From the IMG/VR virus record IMGVR_UViG_3300019762_000009, positions 1 to 56,506 of that record: DNA of 56,506 nt. One strand, given 5' to 3'. Source of the DNA: a virus (taxonomy: Duplodnaviria > Caudoviricetes). This document shows, one piece after another, positions 26,681 through 36,859 of this stretch. Every line of letters begins with the position of its first letter. Position 1 is the first letter of the stretch. The notes beneath the pieces are model-generated. The model did no database searches. It worked only from the letters and a program-made list of their open reading frames with translations, and was not told the origin of the DNA. The translations under genes and the position numbers were made by a program.

Positions 26681-27205
26681 TTATATACTTGTGGGAGTAC
26701 TGGCGTGGAGCATATTGTCCTTAGCGGCAGAGTTGTTGCTGCTACCGAAGTAGTATGCAAAGACTGTACCGACCAGAGTATCCAAGACACCTTGAGTACG
26801 GATCAGTAGATCATGTCCGTTCTCTGGTATATTTCCTGTAAAAAGTGCTACGTTAAATGCGCCGAAGGTTAGGAAGGTAGTAAGTGCAAGAGCAGGTACT
26901 ACCTTAGTCTTCGTCTGCATAAACATCTTTCTGGCTGAGTCTCTATCATCCGCTGTGATACGCATGATATCAATATCAAGGGACTTCATGTCCTTCTTGA
27001 ATTGCTGCTCAGCCTGTTTCAGTTTTAAGAGTTGCTCAGGGGTAGCTACCTTGACAGCCTCAGCAAGCTGCTTCTCAGCATCCTTTTCTTTCGGGTCGAT
27101 CCCGAAGGCTTCACAAGCAGCTTTCGCTGCGAGTCCACCTAAGGGACCACCCAATGCTGTTCCTATCATGGGGGCTACAGAGCTAACTATAGATTCCCAA
27201 TCCAT
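26681..27205 (-). CDS. Putative holin (3TM GTA-holin-like)
   Basis: APMIGTALGGPLGG N-terminus, DRDSAR motif, transmembrane segments ending in YYFGSS. Confidence 0.7.
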   Translation of the reverse strand: MDWESIVSSVAPMIGTALGGPLGGLAAKAACEAFGIDPKEKDAEKQLAEAVKVATPEQLLKLKQAEQQFKKDMKSLDIDIMRITADDRDSARKMFMQTKTKVVPALALTTFLTFGAFNVALFTGNIPENGHDLLIRTQGVLDTLVGTVFAYYFGSSNNSAAKDNMLHASTPTSI

Positions 27206-27208
27206 AGG

Positions 27209-30200
27209 CTACCTCTTAGAAGGAAGAAGACCTACGGTTTCTGCACGGGATGATGCCCTTTGCATTGCAGAAACTCTTCGCTTGTCTTGTCTATCCAACT
27301 TCTTGTAATATTCTTTTACGGAGATGTCACCATCATGCAACTGTTTATTCAGTCGCTTCCTCAGTTTGTAAAGTCGTTTCATTCTTTTGGCTGCTACCTT
27401 AAAGGCTGGAGCTACTGAGAGTTCCTTGGCATACTGCTTACGAACACGAGCGATTTCAGCAGAGTCTTTCTCATCCTTAGCCATCTGTAAGACAGCCTTA
27501 GCATTGTCAACTTTCTGCTGCAACTTCATGTAGTAGCCTACCTGTTCAGACTGCCCTACCTCGCCAACAAGACGAGACAAGATCGGTACTGATCTCCACT
27601 GTACATCTCGACCAAGATACATGTCTCCGGCAAGATCAAATGCCTGAGTACCTACCTTACCAAGACCACCAGTATAACTACCCCACAAGAACTTCACATG
27701 TTCGGGGCTAACATCAACCCAACCGGACTCTGTACGAGAGCCACCTGTGAGTTCATTCATAGCCTGACAAAAAGAGACCAATACTTTCGAAGTGTTCTTC
27801 CAGTAGCGTTCACTATTAGGAAGCTCACCCTTGCGGTATGGGCTAGGTTCAGGTGCAATTTTCATACCAGTGAAACTCTGGTTCCCGTACATGCGGAAGA
27901 TTGGCTGCAAGAGAGACGGTGCAAGAGCTACTGGACCTTCACCTATATTGCCTGTAGGCATGAAGGTGTTGAACACGTTGCTCACCATAGAAGCTCCTGC
28001 TGCTGTCAAGTCGCCCTTTCCTCGCATGGAATCAAAGGCCAGATTACCGACCATGTTGAAGAGGTTGAATCCGTAGGAAGTGGGAAACTTAACATAGCTC
28101 CCATCTAAACCAGTAGGGATAATGTAGTTCTGAGTTCTGACATATTCAGGAATCTTATCAAAGTATTCCACACCGTCATCATCAGTACCCATCAGCATAC
28201 AGGACAAAGAGTTAGTTAAGAGGGTTAAGGCAATGTTAGCTCCGATCAGTTTAGCTGCTGTCTCTTTACTACTCAAAAGAGTCTTCATCATTCTTACGTT
28301 TGACTGTAAGGAAGCATTCATAAACAAGTACAAAGGTCCAAAGATAGGCGATGCTGTACCCTTCTTAGTGAAGTTCACAGTAAGCTCCAAGGCTACCTTC
28401 ATGGACTCAGCACTAGCCAAGTCATGACAAGTCTGAGGATCATGCCCCTCTTTCTGGTACTTGTAATAGAACTGTTCGTATGCTTCTTTGAAAGCAGCAA
28501 GGCGGGTCATGTTCTCCACCGCAGAAGATACATTCTCGATGTAGTTCAACATAGCCTTAGTACGTTTCTTGCCAATAGCGTACCAGTTCTTCGTAGGAGT
28601 CGTATCATCAAGGGCCGCTTTAAGGTCTTGTGCCTGACTCTCGAAGTCGTTGAGACCAAACATGCTGGTGTACGCACCGGAGTCTCTAAAGCGTTCTGCC
28701 CACATATCCCATTCAGTACCTGTAGTTTCACCATTCAAACTTTTCCAGATAGCCTTTCGAGCTTGGTTCAAGTTCTTAGTGATGTTACGTCTAGTACCCT
28801 TACTGAGATCATTGTCTTTGATAACCTGTTCGAGGTTCATCATAGCAGTAGACCAGTCTCTAGGGGCGTTGACTGCAATGAATGGTGCGGACAGAGATGT
28901 CACAAGCTTACCAAGAAGCCGTGTCCACTTACCAATACCTTTCAGTATGGCTGGAGCCTGTGTCATGTTAGCACCTTTAAGAGCTGCTGCAAGAACAGGG
29001 TCTTCACAAAGAACTCTTACATGATTGCCGTCTTTGTCAATAACGGTGATAACACGCTCAGCTTCATCTTTGCCTTGGAATGCTTTGCTATGTCTCTTGA
29101 TCTTTACCTTGCCTGTAGTCTTATCGAAGGTCTTATAGAAACCAATATGTTCTTTGGCCTCAACCTTGAATACGGAATGTCCTGTGTCCACTTCGTTAGC
29201 GAAGTTCAAGATAGATCGTCCCATCTCCGCAGTTTCAATCATACGGATAGAGTCAATAGTCTGGATGATAGACTGTACTGTTGGACTAGATGGAATATCA
29301 CCACCTTGGTCTAAATCAGTACGGCCTGTAGCCAGTTCAGAACCCTTCCAAGAACCAGAGTGGTAGGTCTTGATACTACTGGACTGATAGTTCGGCACAA
29401 CTTCCTTCATGAGAGTCTCCCAAGAGCCTTCCCCTTTCAGAGGTACATACCAATGAGCAGTATCTCTCCAAGATTTCAGGACTTCTTTCGGCAACAGGTT
29501 GTTCTCTTCGAGGACATCAAGTCTAAACTCGTTGATCTGTCGGAGCTTATCTGCTGCTGCAAACATAGCAGGATTATGTGTTGTGTAGTACTCTATGATC
29601 TCATCAGCCTTCGCATCAGACAAACCAGAACCCGCATCGTTCTTAGGATCGCGCTTACGAATAAGGGCGTTACGCTCTTTAGCATGGAGTGCATGAGCCA
29701 GAGTATCCAGTTTCTGGAATGAAGTCTCAGTATCCCAAGTAGGATCAGAAGCATTCTCAAGAATTGCGATGAGTCCGTCCTTACCTTTTACCATAGTCTC
29801 AATGAACTTATGAATACGCTCAGAGGTACGGTTACTGGAACCAAGTTCTTTATCATAGAAGTTAGCACGATTAGGTACTTCCTTACCAGAAGACTTGAAG
29901 CCCTCAATGATAACGAATGCTCTCTGTAAGTTGTCTGTAAGCATCTCAGACATACGATCGAAACGATCATGCCCTTTGATCAGACCCCCATCAGTGAGCT
30001 TAGTACGATATTCAGACCAAGACTTCTTCAAGTCAGATACATAATCAGAACCTTTGAACAGTTTAGTGTAACCGTCCAGTGTATTGGTTGAATCTTTCAG
30101 CACACGGTTCATCTTTCTAAAAGAATTAAGTCTCTCAGTAGAAGACTTATGCATCTGCTCCCTAGCGATATTAAATGTAGCTGCTGTCAGCACATTCTGC

Positions 30201-33200
30201 ACATCACCTGTGGTAAGCTTCTGGAGTTTGAACTTCTTGAGGATGTTCTTGATAAAGTATCTCAACCTACGCAGAACATTCTGATCTGCTTTAGCCAAGG
30301 TCTCACCAATCTTCATCTTACCTGCGATGAAAGCTATATACTCCTCCGCAACGAGGAGCTTTTCTGCTTTCTTGAGGCCAGAGTTCTTACTCAACCATGT
30401 TTTAAAGGACGCAGTATCCTTGAAAGACTTCCATACAATGTCCAAGAACTCATTGAGTTCCTTCGGAGTCATGATAGTACGGAGACCCAAGTGACAAACA
30501 GCTTCGTGAGTCAGAGTCTTCATAGCCTGTCGTCTATCCTTGCAACGATCTGCAAAGATATAGACTCGTCCGGTACTCTCATCGAAAGCACCCCTAGCTC
30601 CAAAGTCCTCTCTATACGCTTCCTCAATCTTCTTAGGCCAAGAGCCTATGTTGTCCTTAATATCAACTACCTTGATACGTTTCTGTACGCCTCTGAGTTG
30701 TTTGATACCGTCCTTGACCCAACGATGTACTCTCTCCTGCTGGTTCTTTGGCTTAGCTGCTTCACGTTCTGCTGCGGCCTTAGCCTTTGCTCGTGCATCA
30801 GCCTCTGCTCTCTTGATCTTGTGGAGATTCTTAGCGATTCTCTCTACATTATCAGAAAGACTCTTCTCCAAAGTCTCAACAACACGACCTTTCAAGTAAT
30901 CCATGCCTACGGAATCTTTAACAGTATCTACTTCTGCAAGGAGTTCGTTGAAAATTTTCATCTGAGCTTTGTGATAGTCTACTAAAGCTTCATGCTTGTT
31001 AACTCTACGAGTCTTTGTCGCAGCATGTTTAGTAGGCTTATTCATTTGCTGTACAGCCTTGCTCAGTTTTTCTTTCATGTCATCATTGAACTCTTTCTTA
31101 GCTCGTTGGAGAGCATTCTTGTAGTCCTGACGTTCTTTCTGGACAACGGGGTCTGTCTCGAAGGTAGGGCCAGTAGGTTCTACTGAAGCGGGTTCTTCAG
31201 GTACCGCAGCATAGTTAAGCTCGTCAGGAAAATTCTCCTGCACGTACTCTTCTCTTCTACGCAGAGCCTCAGACTGACTAGACTTCTCACCCTGTTGGGC
31301 TTCCATCTTAGCATAGTAGTCTTGAACCATGCGGTCTTGCTCTTTCTGATTACGATCTCTGATCAGCATCTCTTCAAAGATGCGGTCAGCGTTGCGTTCT
31401 TCTATTTCCCGCTCCTGTACAAGACGAACATTCTCACGAAGAGCGTCCCTGTCCTCACGAAGCATACTACGGATTTCTTGTTCTTCCTGTTTACCCTCAA
31501 TGTACTCAGGATTCTTTACATTAGGTGCGGTAGGTTCGACCTTCTTCGCATACGTTGTCTCGATGTCCTTGACGATGGCATCCAAAGAATCGTTCTTCAA
31601 CTCTTCCCACATCTGTCGAACACCCCACATACTGATATCATCAGCTTTAGCGAGGTTCTCAGAGGTCTTAGCAAGGTTCTTATTGATCTTTGCAAGACGT
31701 TCACTGAGGTTTCGTTTCATATACTGGAGCTTCTCAATCTGGTTGGGGTCAGTTTCCTTATCCAACTCAGTATTGATCTGCCCTCTCTGCATAGTTGCAG
31801 CAAGGTTAATCTCACTAGCGAACTCCCCCATCTGCTGAGCCAAATTCTTCTTCTCTTCTTTAAGCATAACGCCTTCAAACTCATTCTGGTTTGGGGCGTT
31901 TCTTATTTCAGAGCGAACCTTCTGCAAGAACTCGTCAAGCACAAGTTTGTTCTGCTTACGGGCTTCTCCTCGTGACCTACGGTACTGTGTATTGAGACGA
32001 TCATAAGTAGACTTATACTTACCGTGAACAATCATATCCTCAATAGCCTGATCTTCTGCTTTCTGAATACGCTCTGTGGCTTTCTTGTCTACTTTCTTAC
32101 CATCTTTCTTCAGAACTTCAAAATTTTCCTTCAGCTTAGCTCTCTTCGCAGCAACAGCAAACTCCTCAGTCTGAATCTGATTCATCATCTGCTGATGTTC
32201 TGTGGAGCCTTGAGCCTGTGTCATCTGTGTGCGTTGGTTTCGTAATTCCGCAGCATAGTTGTCAAGCTCATCCATCTCTTGTTGGACCTGCTCAAGAGAA
32301 GCGTACATATCCATGTCGAGCAAGGTCTTCTTTAATTCAGCCTTTTCAAGCTCACTCGCTGGAGTCTTCTCTTCTGCTTTCACATCTTCGATGATCTCTT
32401 GAACATTCGGTGTAGTGTCCTTGATTTCCTGCACCTGTCTGCGAACATCCATGATAGTATTCGGTACACCAAAAACTGGACCCATGATTGCACCACTTAG
32501 ACCAGAAGAGATAAGATTCTCTAAATCCTGCTGCTCTAAAGGTTTCTTCATGGCATACTTTTTATGAAGCATATCAATACCAGACTGAAGAGATTCTTCA
32601 AGCCCTTCTTGACCACTAGCTTTCATCATGTTCTTAGCACCCTGTGTGAGAATGCCCGCCAGATCATTCTTAAAGGCTCTTGCGGTAGCATCAGAAGCAG
32701 CATCAGTTAACCAACGCTTTGCCAGCATAGCCTCTGGACCGAAGCTCTCGATAATAGCCTTACCAAAACCTGCGGTAATAGCACCGGAAGGACTTGCCTC
32801 ATTAAAACCACGAGTCTTAACATCTGTGGCAAAGGTATGCCCTGTGTGCTGAGGAGTTGCTCCTGCTGCCGCACCAAGAGATGGTACAACTTTCTGACCT
32901 GCACGAGTCAGGAAAGCTTTCATAGCCTGATCTTTAGCGATTTCGGGTGCTACACCCTTGGCGATCTGCCTTTCAATATACTTGTCAGTAAAATGTTTAA
33001 CTGCACCTTTACCTACTTTGTAACCAGCCCCTGCTGTAAGCATCGTGAGAGCCATCTCAGGTAACATAGTACCTGCACTATGGGCTGCCCAATCGATGAA
33101 GTCAGAGAAGTCCTGAATATGGAACAGATCAGGAACACCTTGTGCGTTCTCTTGCTGATACTCTTCAATACGACCAAGGAGTGGCATGAACTTTGCGGCA

Positions 33201-33463
33201 GCTTCTTCATTGTCCATAGCTTTTGCAGCCATCAGACCAAGGCCTACACTAAGTTCTCCTATACCTGCAATACCAGACTTCACACCCTCTACAAACCCTG
33301 CTGGTTCTTCCTCCTGCTTCTGTCCAAGGATTCCCATAGAGTTTAGTGTTGGGTACTCAATCGTCTCAGTTGGCGGGGTATAATAAAAATCTTCTTCTAC
33401 TTCTGGTGGAAGTGAGAGTGGAGACTTGACCACCTGCGGTGCATTTATAAGTCCTCTTTCCAT
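27209..33463 (-). CDS. Large internal virion/ejection protein of polyvalent type (zincin-like HExxxH domain; LPD38-like C-terminus)
   Basis: 2084 aa; GAFD...RVYIFAD...TLTHEAVCHLG...AEEY; C-terminal VNFTKKG, LYLFMNASLQ, KFPTSYG. Confidence 0.75.
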   Translation of the reverse strand: MERGLINAPQVVKSPLSLPPEVEEDFYYTPPTETIEYPTLNSMGILGQKQEEEPAGFVEGVKSGIAGIGELSVGLGLMAAKAMDNEEAAAKFMPLLGRIEEYQQENAQGVPDLFHIQDFSDFIDWAAHSAGTMLPEMALTMLTAGAGYKVGKGAVKHFTDKYIERQIAKGVAPEIAKDQAMKAFLTRAGQKVVPSLGAAAGATPQHTGHTFATDVKTRGFNEASPSGAITAGFGKAIIESFGPEAMLAKRWLTDAASDATARAFKNDLAGILTQGAKNMMKASGQEGLEESLQSGIDMLHKKYAMKKPLEQQDLENLISSGLSGAIMGPVFGVPNTIMDVRRQVQEIKDTTPNVQEIIEDVKAEEKTPASELEKAELKKTLLDMDMYASLEQVQQEMDELDNYAAELRNQRTQMTQAQGSTEHQQMMNQIQTEEFAVAAKRAKLKENFEVLKKDGKKVDKKATERIQKAEDQAIEDMIVHGKYKSTYDRLNTQYRRSRGEARKQNKLVLDEFLQKVRSEIRNAPNQNEFEGVMLKEEKKNLAQQMGEFASEINLAATMQRGQINTELDKETDPNQIEKLQYMKRNLSERLAKINKNLAKTSENLAKADDISMWGVRQMWEELKNDSLDAIVKDIETTYAKKVEPTAPNVKNPEYIEGKQEEQEIRSMLREDRDALRENVRLVQEREIEERNADRIFEEMLIRDRNQKEQDRMVQDYYAKMEAQQGEKSSQSEALRRREEYVQENFPDELNYAAVPEEPASVEPTGPTFETDPVVQKERQDYKNALQRAKKEFNDDMKEKLSKAVQQMNKPTKHAATKTRRVNKHEALVDYHKAQMKIFNELLAEVDTVKDSVGMDYLKGRVVETLEKSLSDNVERIAKNLHKIKRAEADARAKAKAAAEREAAKPKNQQERVHRWVKDGIKQLRGVQKRIKVVDIKDNIGSWPKKIEEAYREDFGARGAFDESTGRVYIFADRCKDRRQAMKTLTHEAVCHLGLRTIMTPKELNEFLDIVWKSFKDTASFKTWLSKNSGLKKAEKLLVAEEYIAFIAGKMKIGETLAKADQNVLRRLRYFIKNILKKFKLQKLTTGDVQNVLTAATFNIAREQMHKSSTERLNSFRKMNRVLKDSTNTLDGYTKLFKGSDYVSDLKKSWSEYRTKLTDGGLIKGHDRFDRMSEMLTDNLQRAFVIIEGFKSSGKEVPNRANFYDKELGSSNRTSERIHKFIETMVKGKDGLIAILENASDPTWDTETSFQKLDTLAHALHAKERNALIRKRDPKNDAGSGLSDAKADEIIEYYTTHNPAMFAAADKLRQINEFRLDVLEENNLLPKEVLKSWRDTAHWYVPLKGEGSWETLMKEVVPNYQSSSIKTYHSGSWKGSELATGRTDLDQGGDIPSSPTVQSIIQTIDSIRMIETAEMGRSILNFANEVDTGHSVFKVEAKEHIGFYKTFDKTTGKVKIKRHSKAFQGKDEAERVITVIDKDGNHVRVLCEDPVLAAALKGANMTQAPAILKGIGKWTRLLGKLVTSLSAPFIAVNAPRDWSTAMMNLEQVIKDNDLSKGTRRNITKNLNQARKAIWKSLNGETTGTEWDMWAERFRDSGAYTSMFGLNDFESQAQDLKAALDDTTPTKNWYAIGKKRTKAMLNYIENVSSAVENMTRLAAFKEAYEQFYYKYQKEGHDPQTCHDLASAESMKVALELTVNFTKKGTASPIFGPLYLFMNASLQSNVRMMKTLLSSKETAAKLIGANIALTLLTNSLSCMLMGTDDDGVEYFDKIPEYVRTQNYIIPTGLDGSYVKFPTSYGFNLFNMVGNLAFDSMRGKGDLTAAGASMVSNVFNTFMPTGNIGEGPVALAPSLLQPIFRMYGNQSFTGMKIAPEPSPYRKGELPNSERYWKNTSKVLVSFCQAMNELTGGSRTESGWVDVSPEHVKFLWGSYTGGLGKVGTQAFDLAGDMYLGRDVQWRSVPILSRLVGEVGQSEQVGYYMKLQQKVDNAKAVLQMAKDEKDSAEIARVRKQYAKELSVAPAFKVAAKRMKRLYKLRKRLNKQLHDGDISVKEYYKKLDRQDKRRVSAMQRASSRAETVGLLPSKR

Positions 33464-33465
33464 TG

Positions 33466-34473
33466 TTACCTCGGAGTATTGACCAGACCAGTATCCTCAC
33501 CGAATGGTGTATACAGATCAGGGTTGTTATTTGAAGAACCTTTGCCAGTTAAATTCCAGAGTCCTCCGGCAAACTGACCAAGAGCATTCGGTTTGTTGGC
33601 TTCCGCATTGGCTTGTTCCTGCTCAGCAACAATATCATTCATCATCTGCTGAATGTATCCTGCTTGTGCGAGGTTTAAGGAACCAGAGAATCTACGAGGG
33701 TCCGACAAGAAGTCATTAGAAGCATTCTGTGCAGCGTCGTAATACTTACGTGCATTTGGGTCTTGACTCAAAGGCATATCACCTTTCATCCATTTCTTCG
33801 TATCAGGGTCTTGTTCGTATCCAGCATATCGTACAACATTCTCAAAAGACTTTTTGAAAACGTCATCTGCTGTTACCTTATTGTAGAAGTCTTGTTCTGC
33901 TCTACTAGCAGCAGCATTAGCATTTGTTCGAGCAACATCCAGACCTTTCCGATAATCCCACTCACCTTTGATAGACTCCTCAATCTGCTTAAGCTGAGAC
34001 TTCTCTCTCTGCTCCGCACGTTTCAACTGAGATTCATATCGCTTTCCTGCCTGTGCCCGTGCTGTAGCACGAAGACCTTCAGGTGAAGTAGCCAACTGAT
34101 CCAACTGATAGATAGCTTCAGAAGGTGTCGCAACAGTCCATGCTGCCCCTTCTGCTTTACCATCAGCACCCTTCTTGCGAAGAGTCAGACCATCAGTCCA
34201 TCCATTTGTGTCATCCACAATCCACTCACCGGAGGAGGGGTGAAGAGCATTCATAGCATCTGCAAATGCTTGAGGGTTGCTTGGAATCTTTCTTAGGTAT
34301 GGAGAGATAAGCTTACTATTCTTGAGAGCCTGTCTCTGCTGATCTTTAGAATACTCCCGCAATGCTACAGCTTCGTCAGAGAAGTATTCACGATCTTTAG
34401 CCGCATCCTTGCGAGCAGCGTTAATAGCGGCCTGATCCTGTGCAGCCTGTTTATAGTAGTTAGTTATAGCCAT
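33466..34473 (-). CDS. Putative internal virion (ejection) protein
   Basis: Helical A/Q-rich ORF next to the giant protein. Confidence 0.6.
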   Translation of the reverse strand: MAITNYYKQAAQDQAAINAARKDAAKDREYFSDEAVALREYSKDQQRQALKNSKLISPYLRKIPSNPQAFADAMNALHPSSGEWIVDDTNGWTDGLTLRKKGADGKAEGAAWTVATPSEAIYQLDQLATSPEGLRATARAQAGKRYESQLKRAEQREKSQLKQIEESIKGEWDYRKGLDVARTNANAAASRAEQDFYNKVTADDVFKKSFENVVRYAGYEQDPDTKKWMKGDMPLSQDPNARKYYDAAQNASNDFLSDPRRFSGSLNLAQAGYIQQMMNDIVAEQEQANAEANKPNALGQFAGGLWNLTGKGSSNNNPDLYTPFGEDTGLVNTPR

Positions 34474-34482
34474 GATACTCTC

Positions 34483-35319
34483 CTAGAGTTTACTACGCAG
34501 TGCTGCGAGATTGTCGAAGTTAGTACCTGCCATACTCAAGTAACCACCTACATTGTTGCTCAAAGCATCCGCAAGACCAAGGTTAGTACCTGTAGTGTTG
34601 TAGATATTCTGTGCGGACTGTGCAGCCATATTACTTGCAGACGGCATAGCTCCTGTTGGGAGGGACATGCCTTTAGCGTAGTTGAGTGCAGCAGACTTGC
34701 GTGCCAGATCAGCATCTTCTGCTGTACGTCTAGCCGCAGTTCTTGCTCCCGCTGTGCCGAGTGCCTGCCCAATAGCCTGCTGATTCATGAAGTTAGCAGA
34801 GGCTCCTGAGTTAGGGTTAATCCCACTACGCATCATATTACGAAGCCCCTGATTTCTCTGTTGCTCAAAGCCCTGAGAGATATCAGTAGTAGCTTGATTC
34901 ATAAGTTCCTGAGAATCAATACCCTCAGCAAGCTTGCTAGTGACTTGTTCTTCAAGAGGTCTAAAAAATTCTTTATGTCTATTCAAATTATAGAGAGCAT
35001 TCTCTACACCCGCTTCTCGCTGTTTCTCAAAGTACGGGGCAAGAGCCTGAATATCCTTCAAGGCGTTGGATGCCTGAATGTCTTCGATAGGGTAGTATAA
35101 CTTCTGATACCGTTCCCTGTCAGCTTTCGCCGCAGCGTCCTGCTCTTTAGCAGAACCATACGCAAGATTGTACATCTGATTCGCTTTCTGCATCTGATCG
35201 TATGCATTATACATATTGTACAGACCTGCGCCTGTATTGAGAACTCCTTGCGTGGTCGGACTACTGACGAAATCAGTAAGCGATCCCAAACTATCGGAGA
35301 TAATGTTTCCAAAATCCAT
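34483..35319 (-). CDS. Putative internal virion (DNA transfer) protein
   Basis: A/Q/N-rich; RSGINPNSG motif of the kind seen in podoviral ejection proteins. Confidence 0.65.
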   Translation of the reverse strand: MDFGNIISDSLGSLTDFVSSPTTQGVLNTGAGLYNMYNAYDQMQKANQMYNLAYGSAKEQDAAAKADRERYQKLYYPIEDIQASNALKDIQALAPYFEKQREAGVENALYNLNRHKEFFRPLEEQVTSKLAEGIDSQELMNQATTDISQGFEQQRNQGLRNMMRSGINPNSGASANFMNQQAIGQALGTAGARTAARRTAEDADLARKSAALNYAKGMSLPTGAMPSASNMAAQSAQNIYNTTGTNLGLADALSNNVGGYLSMAGTNFDNLAALRSKL

Positions 35320-35330
35320 AATTACCTCAA

Positions 35331-36521
35331 TTAAGTAGAATAAATATTATCCCACCAGACATCACCGTTGCTGTCTATAGTAGGATTACCATAATCATCA
35401 AGTCCACCCTTAGAGAGTGGGCTAAAACCATAGGCGTCTCGGTTAGCAGCAGCTTCCATGACACCCCCGTATACGTCCCCCAGTGGCCCTGAGATGGACT
35501 GTAAGGCTCCAAGGGTATCTCCGGTAGCCAAAGACTTCAAAGCACCCAGAGACATGGCGTTAGGAGTCAGAGCAGCCTTACCAATACCTGAGACAAGAGC
35601 TTTGCCAATAGCACCACCGAGACCTCCCACAGGTACAAGACCTCCAAGACCCATCATGCCAAATCCACCAAGAGTACTACCAAAAGCATTGAGTGCTTCC
35701 CCTGTAGTATCTGGTCCCAGTTGCTCGTTCTCTGTACGAATCATCCCAGTGTTGAGATCGTTCAGAGCTTTATCCAGCATACCTTGAGATGCGATAGCAT
35801 TGAAATCCTGCTGTTCTAATGAACGCTCATTAGGAGAGCCGAAGGCTTCTGCAAGGGCATCACGTACAGATGTCCCTAAATCTGTGTCTACAGCCTCATT
35901 AAAAGCTTCTCGTGCATTCCTGAGTCCTGTCATCGAACCCGCCCTAGCGGTCATCATATCCTGCACACGATCCATTGGGCTATCGTATGCATTACGCGAG
36001 AGTCTTGCTTCGGCTTGCAGGGAGTCCATAGGGTTTACGTTTTGATTCAACGCATTCAATGTGGACATACCAGCACGTTGGTTTGATTCAAGGGTGGAGA
36101 CTTGTGGAGTTATGCTCTGATACGAGTTCCAAGCATCTCTCATATCTTGAACACGAGTGTCTCTCTGAAACATCCGTGGGTTTTGTTTTCGTGCAGCAGT
36201 TAGGGCTTTCCCCATCTCATCACCCAGAGGTGATCCACTAAAGACACTTGCTAAATGTGATGCTTGTGCCGGAGTAAACCCATTAATCCTTCCTGAGTTC
36301 CCAGCCTTATTGGATGAGCCTCCCCAACCGTAGCCACCACCTTCACCAAGACCTTTACTAGGTGCGCCTTTACCACCCCAACCTTCACTAGGGCCAGCAC
36401 CTTTCATGCCTCCGCCATCACTACCTTTACTAGAAGAACCTCCAGTACCCTGACCTCCAGTACTTGTTCCTCTCCCGTGACCGTCACCTCCGGCGGGGCC
36501 ACCACCACCCATACTTGGCAT
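35331..36521 (-). CDS. Gly-rich putative internal virion/membrane-channel protein
   Basis: Gly/Ser-rich N-terminus; Gly-rich hydrophobic segment. Confidence 0.6.
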   Translation of the reverse strand: MPSMGGGGPAGGDGHGRGTSTGGQGTGGSSSKGSDGGGMKGAGPSEGWGGKGAPSKGLGEGGGYGWGGSSNKAGNSGRINGFTPAQASHLASVFSGSPLGDEMGKALTAARKQNPRMFQRDTRVQDMRDAWNSYQSITPQVSTLESNQRAGMSTLNALNQNVNPMDSLQAEARLSRNAYDSPMDRVQDMMTARAGSMTGLRNAREAFNEAVDTDLGTSVRDALAEAFGSPNERSLEQQDFNAIASQGMLDKALNDLNTGMIRTENEQLGPDTTGEALNAFGSTLGGFGMMGLGGLVPVGGLGGAIGKALVSGIGKAALTPNAMSLGALKSLATGDTLGALQSISGPLGDVYGGVMEAAANRDAYGFSPLSKGGLDDYGNPTIDSNGDVWWDNIYST

Positions 36522-36522
36522 A

Positions 36523-36708
36523 TTAAACTCCTATTGACTGTTGTTCTTGCAGAGACTCAATAGTTTCCTGTTGCCTCTCTACGATGTATTCGAGTGCAGA
36601 GATAGCGTCTTCGTAGTCTTTGCAACATCTCCACATACAGATAAGAAATTGATACAAGTCCCCTTGTACATTTCTAGGAACTTCTGGTATTGTGCAGAAC
36701 TGATTCAT
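36523..36708 (-). CDS. Small hypothetical protein
   Basis: 61 aa directly downstream of an internal promoter. Confidence 0.65.
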   Translation of the reverse strand: MNQFCTIPEVPRNVQGDLYQFLICMWRCCKDYEDAISALEYIVERQQETIESLQEQQSIGV

Positions 36709-36823
36709 TACTCGTCTCTCCCTATAGGACTCTCTGTACTACAAGTACTATATACTTAGAATTATAATAATAAAATATATAGTACTATATAATACTATTA
36801 GTACTCCCACAACTCTTACAAGT

Positions 36824-36852
36824 ATTATACCATACTTTTAAAGATTTGTCAA
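36824..36852 (-). promoter_or_regulatory. Consensus sigma70 promoter for the ejection-protein genes
   Basis: Minus strand TTGACA-17 bp-TATAAT with TGn. Confidence 0.8.
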
Positions 36853-36859
36853 GAAGTAT

